A stretch of DNA of 64,000 nucleotides from Oscillospiraceae bacterium (GCA_015065365.1 SVQL01000001.1:2355-66354), one strand, 5' to 3'; shown: positions 16,675-27,944, numbered from the stretch's first letter. Notes: generated by a model from the sequence alone, not told the origin. Program-made: numbers and translations.

Positions 16675-17214
16675 TTATTGAAGCTCTATTTCGTCTTTAC
16701 GCTTCTTATCCAATCTCACCATTGCTATGATAATTGATATTATCGTAAATGCATCACTGAAGATTCCTGCAAGTGAGAATACTATAATATCGTATATCAA
16801 CCACAAGGGATTGATTATAAGATTAAATATTCGGAGTGTTTTGGGATTAGAATTTCCGTTAGCGACGGTGGACAGTATTTTAGCGGCAATAACCAATAAG
16901 CTAACCGGACCGTGCCAGCTCAAAATACCGATAACTGCGAACAAAATACCAAAAGCGATTTGAAATCCAAGTGTCTTTTTGCCTCTCTTTATTCGCTCAC
17001 GGTAAATACTGTTTGTCACACAGCTCGTGAGATTTGTCGCCATGCCCGTGTATGCGCCCAGGAGAAAGTATTGCACCGCAAAAACGAATTCACTTGCCAC
17101 GCGTATCCAAATTATTTTCTGATACGATTTGCTTTGAAAGGAAATTATAGACAAAAACATTCCAATAAAGCCTATAATTTGAATTACGATGTCGTTAGTA
17201 AAAAAATCTACCAT
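16675..17214 (-). CDS. YgjV-family inner membrane protein
   Basis: ~180-aa polytopic protein. IIGFIGMFLSIISFQSKSYQKIIWIRVASEFVFAVQYFLLGAYTG resembles YgjV. Confidence 0.5.
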   Translation of the reverse strand: MVDFFTNDIVIQIIGFIGMFLSIISFQSKSYQKIIWIRVASEFVFAVQYFLLGAYTGMATNLTSCVTNSIYRERIKRGKKTLGFQIAFGILFAVIGILSWHGPVSLLVIAAKILSTVANGNSNPKTLRIFNLIINPLWLIYDIIVFSLAGIFSDAFTIISIIIAMVRLDKKRKDEIELQ

Positions 17215-17247
17215 TTAAATCTCCTATATAACTACACTCATTCTCCA

Positions 17248-17853
17248 TCAATTATTTGAGCTTTTATTAAGTCTTTCTCCAACAGCTCCGCCGGGGTGAA
17301 TAAGAGCAAACTGCTCGTTTTGGTAGTCGGTCTCCTCAATGAGAGCCGTCTGCAACGAGTGGAATATCATACAGAGTGCCGTTGACGAGGTAGTTCCCTG
17401 CGCGTTGTACTTGTCCGTCTCTCTGTTAACGTACTGCTTTAGCACAACGTCAGCGCCGAGAGCCAAGGGAGATTCAAGATTTTCGGTAACGGTGATTATC
17501 TTTACTCCCTTTTTCTTGCATATCTCCATTATGGGTAAAAGCTCTGCGGTCTTGCCGCCACGGGAAGCAAACACCATAACGTCCCCTTCTTTTAGAAATC
17601 CCGTTCCGCCGTGTACGGCTTCTGCGGGAGAGATAAACTTTGCAGGCTGTTCTATGCAATTTAAGAGATGCACGAAGTGCTGACATATAATTCCCGAATG
17701 ACCGCAACCCGATGCGCCTATGCGCTCTGCGTTCTTCAGAAGTTCAACTGCTTTTGAAAATGAATCTTCGTCAAAGTATTCAAGCATTTCCTTTATACAC
17801 TCATACTCTATCTCATAGGCTGCCTTTGCCGCTTCAAGACTTTCTTTTCTCAT
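17248..17853 (-). CDS. SIS-domain sugar-phosphate isomerase (KpsF/GutQ-like, no CBS pair)
   Basis: GASGCGHSGIICQHF, VMVFASRGGKT and LIHPGGAVGERL. Start moved to MRKESLE to remove overlap with the upstream gene. Confidence 0.65.
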   Translation of the reverse strand: MRKESLEAAKAAYEIEYECIKEMLEYFDEDSFSKAVELLKNAERIGASGCGHSGIICQHFVHLLNCIEQPAKFISPAEAVHGGTGFLKEGDVMVFASRGGKTAELLPIMEICKKKGVKIITVTENLESPLALGADVVLKQYVNRETDKYNAQGTTSSTALCMIFHSLQTALIEETDYQNEQFALIHPGGAVGERLNKSSNN

Positions 17854-17867
17854 AGTCTCTCCTTGTC

Positions 17868-18569
17868 TTACGGGTGAAGCTCGTCCCAAGCACGGCGGAG
17901 ATTGTATATCATCTCCTCGACCATTGCGTAAGGATCTGCCGCCTTAAGTATTCCGCTCGTTGAGCCCGTTGCCTGAGCGCCCAGCTTTATGGTGTTGTAA
18001 ACGTCCTGACCGTTGGAGATACCTGCGCCCTGAAGCACCATAATATCGGGATTTATCTCGTTTACGGTCTTTATCGTTTCAATTACGTAATTGGAATCAC
18101 TCGTCGTTCCCGTACCGATAAGGTCGGTGGGCTCTGCAACGATAAGGTTTGGTGCCATGTGAGCTATTCTCTTTACGTCCTCAACGGTATCTGCGCAAAC
18201 GATGGTTGCAAGTCCTACCTCGTCGGCGCGTCTTATGGTCTTTTCAAGCGTTTCCATATCGAGGGGCTTCTCTGCGTGGTTGAGCATAACGCCCTTCGCT
18301 CCCGCCGCCTTTACTGCCTCGGGGAGAACGCTTCCAAGTCCGCGTCCGGGAACGAGCGCGTCCATATGCTGTGCAAACACGAGTATTCTCTCGGTGTTGT
18401 CAGCGAGGAGCTTTATGTCCGTGTACTGAGGCGTGACTATAATATCCACGTCGTACTTCATTGCCGTTTTGTCTATGACCTTGGCAAGCGCGAGCATCTC
18501 CTCGCCCCAAATTATTGCCTTAGGTCCTACCTCAAAGAACGGCGGTTTAATGTCGAAATTTTTTAGCAT
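17868..18569 (-). CDS. Triose-phosphate-isomerase-family protein (archaeal-type TIM-like)
   Basis: ~230-aa TIM-barrel protein with GAKGVMLNHAEKPL (NH[AS]E motif) and a QGAGISNGQDV phosphate loop. Confidence 0.55.
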   Translation of the reverse strand: MLKNFDIKPPFFEVGPKAIIWGEEMLALAKVIDKTAMKYDVDIIVTPQYTDIKLLADNTERILVFAQHMDALVPGRGLGSVLPEAVKAAGAKGVMLNHAEKPLDMETLEKTIRRADEVGLATIVCADTVEDVKRIAHMAPNLIVAEPTDLIGTGTTSDSNYVIETIKTVNEINPDIMVLQGAGISNGQDVYNTIKLGAQATGSTSGILKAADPYAMVEEMIYNLRRAWDELHP

Positions 18570-18602
18570 TTCTTTTCTCCTTTAGTATAATAAACAAATT
18601 TA

Positions 18603-19739
18603 TTATTCTTTATTTTTTGAAGCATTTAACGCAAACGTACGCGCCATACTGTAAAGATACTTGTCGGCGTTCTTCATCGCATCATCAGAAGAATCCGCCA
18701 ACGACAAGATATCAAATATATCGGCAATTCCCATTGCTTTAAGCTTATTTGGATCATCTCCGATGCATCCGACAAAGCAATACACGGGCGTTTTTGCAGC
18801 ATTAGCTCTTTTTGCCACGCCGCTTATCGCCTTACCGTAAAGGCTCTGGCTGTCGATCTTGCCCTCGCCTGTTATAACCGCATCGGCGCCAAGCAAGGCA
18901 GAATCAAAATCAGTTATATCGAGAACGGTATCAATTCCCGACTGTATGCGCGCATTGAAAAACGCTAAAAGGGGCGCGGATAGTCCTCCGCCTGCTCCAC
19001 AGCCGTTTATTTCGGCCACGTCTCTTCCGGAAAGTGACTTCAATAGCTCCGCGTAGTGCTTCATTCCCGCTTCCATTTTGGGAAGCTCCTCAGCCTGCGC
19101 ACCCTTTTGAGTCGCATAAACGTACGTAGCTCCGCTATTTCCGAGCAAGGGATTTTTTACGTCCGTGGCGATTATAAACTCACAGTCCAAAATTTCCTTA
19201 AAAACTCCTGACAGGTCTATCGCAGAAATATTATTCAAGGTATATCCCGTAGGAATAAACTCCTTGCCGTTTACGTCGGTAAAACGCGCTCCGAGCGCCG
19301 CAAGCATGCCGCAGCCTCCGTCGTTCGTTGCGCTTCCGCCAACGGTAAGCATTATTTTTTTATATCCCTTACTTACCGCGTCACGTATTATTTCACCTAC
19401 TCCGTATGTCGTTGCCGCTCCTGCTTTTTTCTCGGACTCGGATACCAGCATAAGTCCAGCCGCAGATGCCATCTCTATTATCGCTATGTCACCGATATTT
19501 CCATACCGTGCTGTCACGGGCTTAAAGGACGGTCCCGTTACGGAAAGCCATATTTGCTGATCGGACGGCATCAACGCATCGAGCGTTCCCTCCCCGCCAT
19601 CGGCTATCGGCTTACATATAACGTTTGCCGCAGGCATTACTTCCAGAATACCTCGCTTTATAGCCTCACACGCGCCGTACGCCGAAATACTTTCCTTAAA
19701 TGAATCGGGCGCTATAACTAATTTCATTTTGTTATTCAT
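18603..19739 (-). CDS. Glycerate kinase
   Basis: MKLVIAPDSFKESISA..., IADGGEGT and ITGEGKIDSQSLYGK are canonical glycerate kinase (GlxK/GarK family) motifs. Confidence 0.85.
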   Translation of the reverse strand: MNNKMKLVIAPDSFKESISAYGACEAIKRGILEVMPAANVICKPIADGGEGTLDALMPSDQQIWLSVTGPSFKPVTARYGNIGDIAIIEMASAAGLMLVSESEKKAGAATTYGVGEIIRDAVSKGYKKIMLTVGGSATNDGGCGMLAALGARFTDVNGKEFIPTGYTLNNISAIDLSGVFKEILDCEFIIATDVKNPLLGNSGATYVYATQKGAQAEELPKMEAGMKHYAELLKSLSGRDVAEINGCGAGGGLSAPLLAFFNARIQSGIDTVLDITDFDSALLGADAVITGEGKIDSQSLYGKAISGVAKRANAAKTPVYCFVGCIGDDPNKLKAMGIADIFDILSLADSSDDAMKNADKYLYSMARTFALNASKNKE

Positions 19740-19742
19740 TTA

Positions 19743-21095
19743 TTAAAGATACTTAACTTCTATTCCAAGTATTGAGCAGAGGTTTGCTATTATTTCTCTG
19801 TTGTCACCGTAGGATATAATATAGTGCTGGCATGCAACGTTGTCTGCAAAGTTCTCTACGCTGGGCATCTCAATCTCAAGAGCTGAGAGCTGAGGCGCGG
19901 GCTGATCCCAACCGCATTCTTCCCACTTGGGAGGATTCTTTCCGTTGCCGAGGACTACGTGCATTATATACTTGCCGTCCTTGTAAACAAGTCTTGACAT
20001 GGTAAGCACACCCGTCTTTACCTTGGATACGTTGAGTATTCCTTGACTTAACATTCCGAATGCCGCGGGGAGTACCGTGTAGGTATCTCCGTCTATCATA
20101 TCACTTGCTATGAAGTCGGGAACACCCGCAAGCACGCTGTTCTCAAAGAACTCATAGAACTCAAGGTAGCCTCCAAGCTGTCCCGTGAGTCCCTTTATCA
20201 TAAGCTGAGTTACAGCTCCGAGAGAATCGTTCTCGGGAACGGTGGTGTATCCGTCCTCGGAGAGAAGCATAAAGATAGGAGCGGGAGGGAAACCGCAGAG
20301 CTTCTTCATTCCGTCAACGTCCTTAAGAGAAATAGACTTATAATTTCTCTCGTCTGCTATTGCCTTAACAGCAAGGTAGTAGCCTGCCGCCTTCATCATA
20401 GCGTCGTCGTTTGCGGGCTTTAAGAAATTCCACTTGAGAATTCTGTTGTTGACGATATCTCTCTTTGCATCCTCGGAAAGATTATCGTATCTCTGCTGTA
20501 TCTCAAGCATCTCGAAGGTCTCTATCTCAACACCCGTGGTCTTCTTAAGTGACATTCCGTCGTAGAGTGTGCCGTAAAGGTTCATATCGCGGTAGCCCGC
20601 CATACCTACCTTATCAACAAGCAACTGCTTTGCCGTAATAGCCGCACGGCAGTATTTTGCAACAACGTCGCTTCTGGTCTTCTTGCCGATGATATCGTAT
20701 ACGTACTTAAACTTGTAACCAAGTCCCTCGAACGTGCCGCGAAGTCCCGTTGTTCCTGCCTGATCAGCGGTAGTTACGAGTCTATCTCCCTCATACCAGC
20801 CGCAAAGTCCCCAAAGAACCATGGGAAGATGTCTGTAATGCTCTGTTACTTTAAGTACTGCGTGGGTGGGGATCCAACCTGCAACACATACAACGAGTGC
20901 GTCGAAGCTATCCTTGGAAAGAGCCTCAACCGCACTTTTTACCTGAGTTTCCTCATAGTCGTCCGCTACGGGATATACGGACACGAGATCAAGTCCCTCA
21001 GCCTTGAGAGCCTCCTCTGCCGCCTTGCATTTTCTGACGATCACGTCAACGGGAGTATTTACCTCACCAAATCCTACAAATCCTATCTTTGCCAT
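19743..21095 (-). CDS. L-fucose/L-arabinose isomerase-family sugar isomerase
   Basis: The 450-aa length, the N-terminal MAKIGFVGFGEVNTP Rossmann-like start and the position next to an FGGY kinase fit this family. Specific substrate unknown. Confidence 0.5.
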   Translation of the reverse strand: MAKIGFVGFGEVNTPVDVIVRKCKAAEEALKAEGLDLVSVYPVADDYEETQVKSAVEALSKDSFDALVVCVAGWIPTHAVLKVTEHYRHLPMVLWGLCGWYEGDRLVTTADQAGTTGLRGTFEGLGYKFKYVYDIIGKKTRSDVVAKYCRAAITAKQLLVDKVGMAGYRDMNLYGTLYDGMSLKKTTGVEIETFEMLEIQQRYDNLSEDAKRDIVNNRILKWNFLKPANDDAMMKAAGYYLAVKAIADERNYKSISLKDVDGMKKLCGFPPAPIFMLLSEDGYTTVPENDSLGAVTQLMIKGLTGQLGGYLEFYEFFENSVLAGVPDFIASDMIDGDTYTVLPAAFGMLSQGILNVSKVKTGVLTMSRLVYKDGKYIMHVVLGNGKNPPKWEECGWDQPAPQLSALEIEMPSVENFADNVACQHYIISYGDNREIIANLCSILGIEVKYL

Positions 21096-21100
21096 AATTC

Positions 21101-22507
21101 TTAGTCCTTTCTTGTATTTAATATATTGTCGTAATATTTATATCTTTCATAGCACTCGGTATAGTCCGTGCCAAGCGTTTTGAATGCTCTGTCAAGCTCT
21201 ATTGCCCTTGCCGCAGCTTCTACGGACTCAAATGCGCCGATGCCTACTCCTGCAAGTATTGCAGTACCGAGGCAAGCGGTTTCCTTATTCTTAAGAGTTA
21301 CGAGCCTCTTATCCGTCATATCCGCCATCATCTGACACCAAAGGGGGCTGTTAGCTCCGCCGCCCATGGCTCTTATCTCGTCCACGTCAAGTCCAAGGTA
21401 TTCAAGGTTTGCCTTAAGCATACAAGCCACCGACTCCATAACACTGCGAATGAAATGACCTCTCGTATGCTCTGCGGTAAGTCCCGTAAAGCTTCCTCTT
21501 GCATCGGGGTTATACTTAGGCATAGTCGAGCCACAGAGATAGGGCAAGAACGTAAGACCGTCGCTGCCAGCGTTTACGTTCTCAGCAAGTCCGTCAAGCT
21601 CGGCAAAGCTGAAGTTCTCGCAAAGTGCGTTTCTGAACCACTTAAGTGCCATACCCGCAGTAGGTGTCCAAGAGAGTAAGCAATACTTATCGTCGTAATT
21701 GTAGTGACAAGGAACAATACTCTTTTCATCGTATTCAGGGACTGTTTCCGAGGGCATAAATATGACCATCGTCGTTCCCGTCATAACGCTGACGATTCCC
21801 TGCTTTACCACACCCGCGCCGATAGCGCCCGCTATCTGGTCGATAGCTCCCGTGACTACCTTTATGCCGTCATACTCTCCCACAAGCGTTGCGCTTGAAT
21901 GGAGCGCGGGGAGCATATTTTCTTTTACGCCGATAAAGTCAAGCATCTCGCTCCACCACTGACCTTTATGTATGTCAAAGTAGATGGTAGAGGATTGAAG
22001 CGTTTTTTCGGTTATAAACTTACCAGTGAGCTTATAGAGTATCCAATCTTCAAGAAGAAATACTCTTTCTGTTCTCTCCCATATCTCAGGTCTGTTTCTC
22101 TTTACCCACAAGAGCTTACAAGCGGGCCACGTTGCCGTGATCTCAGGCTGTCCCGTCACCTCGTACACTCTTTTGTGTCCGAAATATTCCGCTATTATCT
22201 CGGCTTCCGCAGTTGCTCTGTTGTCAAGCCAGACGATAGCGGGGCAAAGAGGATTGCCCTCTTTGTCCGCCAAAATTAGCGTTTCGCACTGCGTGTCAAC
22301 GGCAAGGGCATCTATCTTGCATACTGCCTTTGCCTTTTCTATCTCGGATTTGACTATGCTCCAATAGCTTTCTGCATCGAACTCAACTATATCTCCGTGT
22401 GTGTCGAGAGTATAGTCTGCCGTGGAGCTATGTAAGCATTTCAGCTTATCGTCAAACGCCGCCGACTTTACAGACGTCGTGCCTATATCGATTCCTAACA
22501 GATTCAT
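21101..22507 (-). CDS. FGGY-family carbohydrate kinase (xylulokinase-like)
   Basis: MNLLGIDIGTTSVKSA..., GAIDQIAGAIGAG and GGGANSPLWCQMMADM. Confidence 0.85.
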   Translation of the reverse strand: MNLLGIDIGTTSVKSAAFDDKLKCLHSSTADYTLDTHGDIVEFDAESYWSIVKSEIEKAKAVCKIDALAVDTQCETLILADKEGNPLCPAIVWLDNRATAEAEIIAEYFGHKRVYEVTGQPEITATWPACKLLWVKRNRPEIWERTERVFLLEDWILYKLTGKFITEKTLQSSTIYFDIHKGQWWSEMLDFIGVKENMLPALHSSATLVGEYDGIKVVTGAIDQIAGAIGAGVVKQGIVSVMTGTTMVIFMPSETVPEYDEKSIVPCHYNYDDKYCLLSWTPTAGMALKWFRNALCENFSFAELDGLAENVNAGSDGLTFLPYLCGSTMPKYNPDARGSFTGLTAEHTRGHFIRSVMESVACMLKANLEYLGLDVDEIRAMGGGANSPLWCQMMADMTDKRLVTLKNKETACLGTAILAGVGIGAFESVEAAARAIELDRAFKTLGTDYTECYERYKYYDNILNTRKD

Positions 22508-24003
22508 TCTGCACCTCTATCAAACATCTTGTTGATTTCCTCAACGGTTTTTCTGACGAGAATATCTCCGCCCTCGTGTCCCGTTACACCGCTAGAAACG
22601 TATGCGGAATAGTGACCGCCTCGCTCTGCCTTCTCTGTGGGAAGATATCCGTGAGCACCGCAAGCAAGCTGAATGAGGAAGGTCTGTTGAGCCTTGCTTC
22701 TCGCTCTTATCTGATTACCGAAGTCAAGGAAAAGCTCAAAGGAGCTGGTTGCAAAGGCAATGTCTCCAAGTCTGGCGATATGCACCTCCACAGGATACAG
22801 GTCGTGATTTTCCTGCGCCGTGTATCTTGCAATAGTTCCCGCATAAACGTGCATAGCCGCATTGTCAGCAAAGCTTATTTCTTCCGCCTTTACGGCAAAT
22901 TCCTCAATTCTGCGCTTTGCCGCCTCGTACTCCGCGGGAGTTACTCTGCGCACAGGCATATCAAGCATCATAACCTTATGGCAGAACAAGCCTTCGGATT
23001 GCAATTCCTCTTTGTTTATATCGTCGTATACGTCAATTATCTCTCGGGAAATTCTCTTTCCGATTCTCCACGTTCCCTTAATATCGTACATAGAGGGATC
23101 GGCTTTTCTCAAAATTACGTTTTCTCTTATAACGTTAGGATCCTTGATGGGAGTTTCGGGGTCAACCCATCTGATAAGATCACGGGGACACTGGTCGCCT
23201 GCGGGCGAGCAAAGTCCGAGCACATAGAGATTTTCTCCAAATCTCTCGCGGAGCAGTATCTTCACCTTACCCCAGTAATCCGAGGAAATAAAGCTTCTCT
23301 GCTCAAGCACCTGCGAGGGGCATGCGACGTTCGCGACTATACCCGTAAGCTCCTTATTTTCGTCAAAGGTATATATAAGCTCTATTCCGGAATCGTTGCC
23401 GCCCTCAAGCTCGGTAAAAGTCGCCGTGTTTGTGTCTCCCCACATCTTTGCGCTTCCGTCGCTGTAACAAACTCTGCGATTCATTCCAACTGCGACTCTG
23501 CCAAAATCATTGGTATAATACGCGGGCTTTCTCTGCTCCCACGCGCTCTTTGCCGCTTCGGAAATCTTATCAGCAAGCCAATACAGCGCATCGCGATCGT
23601 CCATAACGTCGGGATCAGACTGAGCGGGTGCCTCATTCTGCTTACCGCACGCCTCTGACAAAAGCTGCGCCAAAATACCGAGCGACGTACCGAGGTCTAT
23701 TTTCCTTTTACTGTAATAGTCTATTGAGGTATGCGAATGGGTTGCGTGAATTATAACGTTGTTCGCGTCAAGACCGTCAACGTCTGCAAGTCTTGCACGA
23801 GTCTCTGCTACGAGATTGTCGCCTATTCCCTCAAGGTCGCACGAGCAAATAACCATCTGCGAGCCACTCGCTTCAATAGCCATAGCCGTAACGGTTATCT
23901 CCGTTTCAACGTATTCGGAAATTCTTTCGTAAAACTGTCCCGCAAGATAAACCTTTTTCTCGGGAGTTATACTTACCTCTGACCAACCTAATTTCAAGCT
24001 CAT
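22504..24003 (-). CDS. Conserved hypothetical hydrolase-like protein (possibly neutral-ceramidase-N-like fold); paralogue of 43210..44682
   Basis: The N-terminus LKLGWSEVSITPEKKVYLAGQF...VTAMAIEA...CSCDL resembles ceramidase_alk-type N-domains, a weak call from memory. Long blocks are shared with the paralogue (GGNDSGIE, GDQCPRDLIRWV.PETPIKDPNVIR). Confidence 0.35.
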   Translation of the reverse strand: MSLKLGWSEVSITPEKKVYLAGQFYERISEYVETEITVTAMAIEASGSQMVICSCDLEGIGDNLVAETRARLADVDGLDANNVIIHATHSHTSIDYYSKRKIDLGTSLGILAQLLSEACGKQNEAPAQSDPDVMDDRDALYWLADKISEAAKSAWEQRKPAYYTNDFGRVAVGMNRRVCYSDGSAKMWGDTNTATFTELEGGNDSGIELIYTFDENKELTGIVANVACPSQVLEQRSFISSDYWGKVKILLRERFGENLYVLGLCSPAGDQCPRDLIRWVDPETPIKDPNVIRENVILRKADPSMYDIKGTWRIGKRISREIIDVYDDINKEELQSEGLFCHKVMMLDMPVRRVTPAEYEAAKRRIEEFAVKAEEISFADNAAMHVYAGTIARYTAQENHDLYPVEVHIARLGDIAFATSSFELFLDFGNQIRARSKAQQTFLIQLACGAHGYLPTEKAERGGHYSAYVSSGVTGHEGGDILVRKTVEEINKMFDRGAE

Positions 24004-24017
24004 AACTTCTCCTTATA

Positions 24018-25166
24018 TTACCACTCTGCAACAGAGCCGTCAGCATGATGCCATACGGGGTTCTTCCAATTGTGAGGAGTCTTATTCTCCTCTATGACAA
24101 GCTCCTTGTTCACCTCAACGCCAAGTCCGGGCAATTTGGGAAGCTCAACGAAGCCGTCAACAAAATCAAAGTCTGCTTTGTTCTCAACGTAGTCAAGCAC
24201 AGTCTTTCCGACGTTATAGTGAATACCGATGCTCTGCTCCTGAATTACTGCGTTATAGCTGGTTGCGTCAACATTCAGACAAGCGGCAAGAGCGATAGGT
24301 CCGAGAGGACAGTGAGGCGCGAGAGCAACGTCGTAAGCTTCTGCCATAGACGCTATCTTCTTGACCTCGGTAATTCCACCCGCGTGTGAGAGGTCGGGCT
24401 GAATTATATCAACGCCACCGCAAGCAAGAAGACGCTTAAAGTCGTATTTTGAGAAAAGTCGCTCGCCCGTTGCAATCGGAATGTTGCAGGCTGCCGCTAT
24501 CTCCTTAAAGCTCTCCATGCTCTCGCAAAGCACGGGCTCTTCTATAAACATGGGATCAAATTCCTCGAGCTTCTTTGCAAGTACCTTTGCCATAGGCTTG
24601 TGAACTCTGCCGTGGAAATCGATAGCGATACCGAAATACTTTCCGCAGGACTCTCTTATCGCCGCAACTCGCTCAAGTACTGCGTCGATCTTATCGTAGG
24701 AATCTATCATTTGAAGCTCTTCCGTTGCGTTCATTTTGATAGCCTTGAAGCCTGCGTCCATCTTTTCCTTTGCAGCCGCTCCAACGTCGGACGGTCTGTC
24801 GCCGCCAACCCATGAATATACCTTCATTTTATCGCGGCATCTGCCTCCCATAAGCTCGTATACGGGCGCTCCGAAAAACTTTCCCTTAATGTCCCACAGT
24901 GCTTGGTCAATACCGGAGATCGCGCTCATAAGAACTCCGCCTCCGCGGTAGAAGCCTGCTCTGTACATGGTTTCCCAAAGGTCTTCGATGCGAGAGGGAT
25001 CAGCACCTATCAGATAATCCTTCATTTCCTGAACGCAAGCAAGAACTGCCGATGCGTGTCCTTCAAGAACAGCCTCGCCCCAGCCCGTCAAGCCGTTATC
25101 CGTTACTATCTCAACAAATCCCCAACGGGGTCTGACAAAATATGTATTTACCTGTGCGATTTTCAT
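24018..25166 (-). CDS. dgoD: D-galactonate dehydratase (enolase superfamily)
   Basis: [31 protein letters not shown]...[41 protein letters not shown] closely tracks E. coli DgoD. Confidence 0.85.
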   Translation of the reverse strand: MKIAQVNTYFVRPRWGFVEIVTDNGLTGWGEAVLEGHASAVLACVQEMKDYLIGADPSRIEDLWETMYRAGFYRGGGVLMSAISGIDQALWDIKGKFFGAPVYELMGGRCRDKMKVYSWVGGDRPSDVGAAAKEKMDAGFKAIKMNATEELQMIDSYDKIDAVLERVAAIRESCGKYFGIAIDFHGRVHKPMAKVLAKKLEEFDPMFIEEPVLCESMESFKEIAAACNIPIATGERLFSKYDFKRLLACGGVDIIQPDLSHAGGITEVKKIASMAEAYDVALAPHCPLGPIALAACLNVDATSYNAVIQEQSIGIHYNVGKTVLDYVENKADFDFVDGFVELPKLPGLGVEVNKELVIEENKTPHNWKNPVWHHADGSVAEW

Positions 25167-25182
25167 TTTCTTACTCCTTTTA

Positions 25183-26238
25183 TTACTTCTTTAAGTAATT
25201 TTTTACGTTTGACGCGCTTGGCAAAGACGTCTCAAACTCGTCTCTCCAATATGCGCGGGTATTCGCCGTTCTGCCGAACTCGTCCTCAACGGTAAAGCGA
25301 ACAAATACGTCAATATCCTGTATGGGAAATTCCGCAACCGTTATATCTGCCTTTTCCGATATTTTGAGCGATTTGCTTTGTGCACGGCGGCAACTATTTG
25401 AAACGCGAATCTTAACCGCAGGCGAGCATTCGATATGGAAAATTCCGTTCTCATACCAAAGCTCCTTTATAATAGGTCCTCTCGATGCGTAATAATCTCC
25501 GTTTTCGAGAGCCCCGATAACCGCGCTATGCTCAAGCGTACCCGAATATATCATTGTAAAGCCGCCGAACATATCTATATCCCCGTGGGTGTCGTCCGTA
25601 GCAACACAACCTATTCTCTGACCGCTTATAAGCATTTCATCGTATATGCTCGGAGCATAGGCATCGTGTGTAGTTGACGTTCCGTGATTGTATATCTCCA
25701 TAGCGTATATACCCGTAAGACCGGTATATATATCCGACGTCTCTCTTGACCAGATAGGATGATTGTAGCTTACGATAAATCCTGCCTCTTTCGCCTTGGA
25801 GATAAGTCTGTTCAAGCCGTCTGCCGAATACTCCTTCGGCTCTTTTCCGTCGCCTACGTAAACAGCCTTGGATACGTCGGGAATCTTGCTGAGAGCCATC
25901 ACATCCGCCTCGTTATAAAAAGGCATAACGTTATTCCCCGCATCTTTAGGATAGAGATTTAAGTGACATACACGTCGCAAGGGCTTTGGAAGCTCCATAT
26001 CTCCGTATATTTGTATCTCATATCCCGGCATTGCCAAAAACTCACCGTCGTTCAAATCATCGTGAAGCACCAAAACCTCATGGTCGGTATACGCAACAAT
26101 CTGATATCCCTCTGCCTTGTAAAGATCCTTTATCTCCTTGGGCGTTTTTTCTCCGTCAGATACCGTAGTATGACAGTGCAGATTTGCCTTATAGCAATTT
26201 TTCCTACCGTCTATAAGATACACACGGTTATTTTCCAT
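25183..26238 (-). CDS. PHP-domain metal-dependent phosphoesterase
   Basis: [21 protein letters not shown]...VAYTDHE. Start set at [11 protein letters not shown] to avoid overlapping kdgK. Confidence 0.65.
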   Translation of the reverse strand: MENNRVYLIDGRKNCYKANLHCHTTVSDGEKTPKEIKDLYKAEGYQIVAYTDHEVLVLHDDLNDGEFLAMPGYEIQIYGDMELPKPLRRVCHLNLYPKDAGNNVMPFYNEADVMALSKIPDVSKAVYVGDGKEPKEYSADGLNRLISKAKEAGFIVSYNHPIWSRETSDIYTGLTGIYAMEIYNHGTSTTHDAYAPSIYDEMLISGQRIGCVATDDTHGDIDMFGGFTMIYSGTLEHSAVIGALENGDYYASRGPIIKELWYENGIFHIECSPAVKIRVSNSCRRAQSKSLKISEKADITVAEFPIQDIDVFVRFTVEDEFGRTANTRAYWRDEFETSLPSASNVKNYLKK

Positions 26239-26254
26239 AAAACGCGTCTCCCCG

Positions 26255-27277
26255 TTATCTCTGAACTCGTCCCGATGCGTTGCCGCCCGCAAGCGCCTCT
26301 ACCTCAGCTACGGATACGAGGTTAAAGTCGTGCTCGATGCTGTGCTTGAGACAGGATGCCGCAACCGCAAAGTTTATTGCCTTCTGGTCGTCGTAACCCG
26401 AAAGAAGTGAATAGATAAGTCCACCGCCGAAGCTGTCTCCGCCGCCTACTCTGTCTACAATGCGTACGTTGTACTTGGGGGAGAAATACGCCTTACCGTC
26501 GCTGTAAAGCATAGCTGCCCACTCGTTATCCGATGCGGAAATGCTTCCGCGAAGTGTAATAGCGACCTTCTCAAAGCCAAATCTTTCGGCAAGCTGACGG
26601 GCAACGCTTATATATCCCTCGTGATTTACCTTACCTGCATTGAGGTCGGTGTCCTCTGCCTCTATACCGAAAACGTCCTTCGCGTCCTCCTCGTTAGCGA
26701 TGCAAACGTCAACGTAAGGCATAAGAGTTGACATAACCTCGTTTGCCTTTTCATTAGACCAAAGCTTCTTTCTGTAATTGAGGTCACAGGAGATCTTTAC
26801 ACCAAGCGACTTTGCCGCCTTACATGCTTCAAGGCATATTTCGGGGAGCTCTCCGCCAAGCGCGGGCGTAATTCCCGTAAAGTGGAACCAATCCGCTCCG
26901 TCAAAGATTTTATTCCAATCGAAATCAGAAGCAGATGCTTTAGCAATTGCAGAGCCTGCTCTGTCGTATATGACCTTCGACGCTCTTTGTGACGCGCCCT
27001 TTTCCACAAAATAAAGTCCGAGTCTGTCTCCGCCGCGAACCATCATACGGGTATCCACGCCAAAGTGTCTGAGCTCGTTGACAGCGCACTGTCCTATCTC
27101 GTGAGCGGGGACCTTTGATACGAACGCCGCGTCCATTCCGTAATTGGAAAGAGACACCGCTACGTTTGCCTCTCCGCCCGCATAGCTTGCCTCGAATTTA
27201 CCTGCCTGAACAAAGCGGCAGTATCCCTCGGGATTGAGGCGCATCATTATCTCACCGAACGTAATTATTCTTTTCAT
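26255..27277 (-). CDS. kdgK: 2-dehydro-3-deoxygluconokinase (PfkB family)
   Basis: MKRIITFGEIMMRLNPEGY...YAGGEANVAVSL...DRVGGGDSFGGGLIY. Confidence 0.8.
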   Translation of the reverse strand: MKRIITFGEIMMRLNPEGYCRFVQAGKFEASYAGGEANVAVSLSNYGMDAAFVSKVPAHEIGQCAVNELRHFGVDTRMMVRGGDRLGLYFVEKGASQRASKVIYDRAGSAIAKASASDFDWNKIFDGADWFHFTGITPALGGELPEICLEACKAAKSLGVKISCDLNYRKKLWSNEKANEVMSTLMPYVDVCIANEEDAKDVFGIEAEDTDLNAGKVNHEGYISVARQLAERFGFEKVAITLRGSISASDNEWAAMLYSDGKAYFSPKYNVRIVDRVGGGDSFGGGLIYSLLSGYDDQKAINFAVAASCLKHSIEHDFNLVSVAEVEALAGGNASGRVQR

Positions 27278-27290
27278 TGTTTTTCTCCTC

Positions 27291-27944
27291 TTACAGTGAA
27301 TTTATATTTGTAACGTATTTTTTAGCTTCTGCCGTAATCTTGTCAAACTCGCCGTTCTTTATCCATTCCTTATTAACGAGGTTTCCGCCGACACCTACGC
27401 CCACGGCTCCCGCCTTTAAGAAGTCTGCAGCATTGTCGGCATTTACACCGCCAACAGCCAAAAATCTTATGTGGTTAAATGGAGCGCACACCGCCTTAAC
27501 GTATGCGGGGGCGTTTCCAACGCAGGGGAACAGCTTTACAAAATCCGCTCCCGCATTATACGCCTGCTTTGCCTCGGTAGGAGTATACGCGCCGGGCAAG
27601 GATACCAAGCCAAGCTCTCTCGTCGTCTTTATGACCTCTACGTCCGTATCGGGAGAGATTATGTACAGTGCTCCCGCCTCTGCCGCAAGTCTTACAAGCT
27701 CGGAACTCGTGACCGTTCCCGCGCCTACAAACATCTTGTCACCCATCTCTGCCTTGATAGCCTTGATAGCTTCGGCTGTATCAACAAAGGTTTCAGGCTG
27801 CTTTTGGTTAAAGGTCACCTCAACCAAGGTTATTCCTCCCTCATAAAGAGCCTTTGCCGTATCTACTGCCTGCTCTTTATTAAGACCTCGCATTATTGCT
27901 ATTATCTTTTGCTTGCTTATTTCGCTTATTACTGCTTCGCGCAT
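27291..27944 (-). CDS. eda: KDPG / KHG aldolase
   Basis: KIIAIMRGL...GGITLVEVTFN...GAGTV...ISP...KLFP. Start uncertain (Met13 of the ORF chosen). Confidence 0.8.
   Translation of the reverse strand: MREAVISEISKQKIIAIMRGLNKEQAVDTAKALYEGGITLVEVTFNQKQPETFVDTAEAIKAIKAEMGDKMFVGAGTVTSSELVRLAAEAGALYIISPDTDVEVIKTTRELGLVSLPGAYTPTEAKQAYNAGADFVKLFPCVGNAPAYVKAVCAPFNHIRFLAVGGVNADNAADFLKAGAVGVGVGGNLVNKEWIKNGEFDKITAEAKKYVTNINSL

Noticed and set aside
22399-23658. 419-aa plus-strand ORF
   Set aside because: It is antisense to the FGGY kinase and unknown-hydrolase genes. It has low-complexity, Cys/Ser/Arg-rich sequence, no RBS and no family resemblance.
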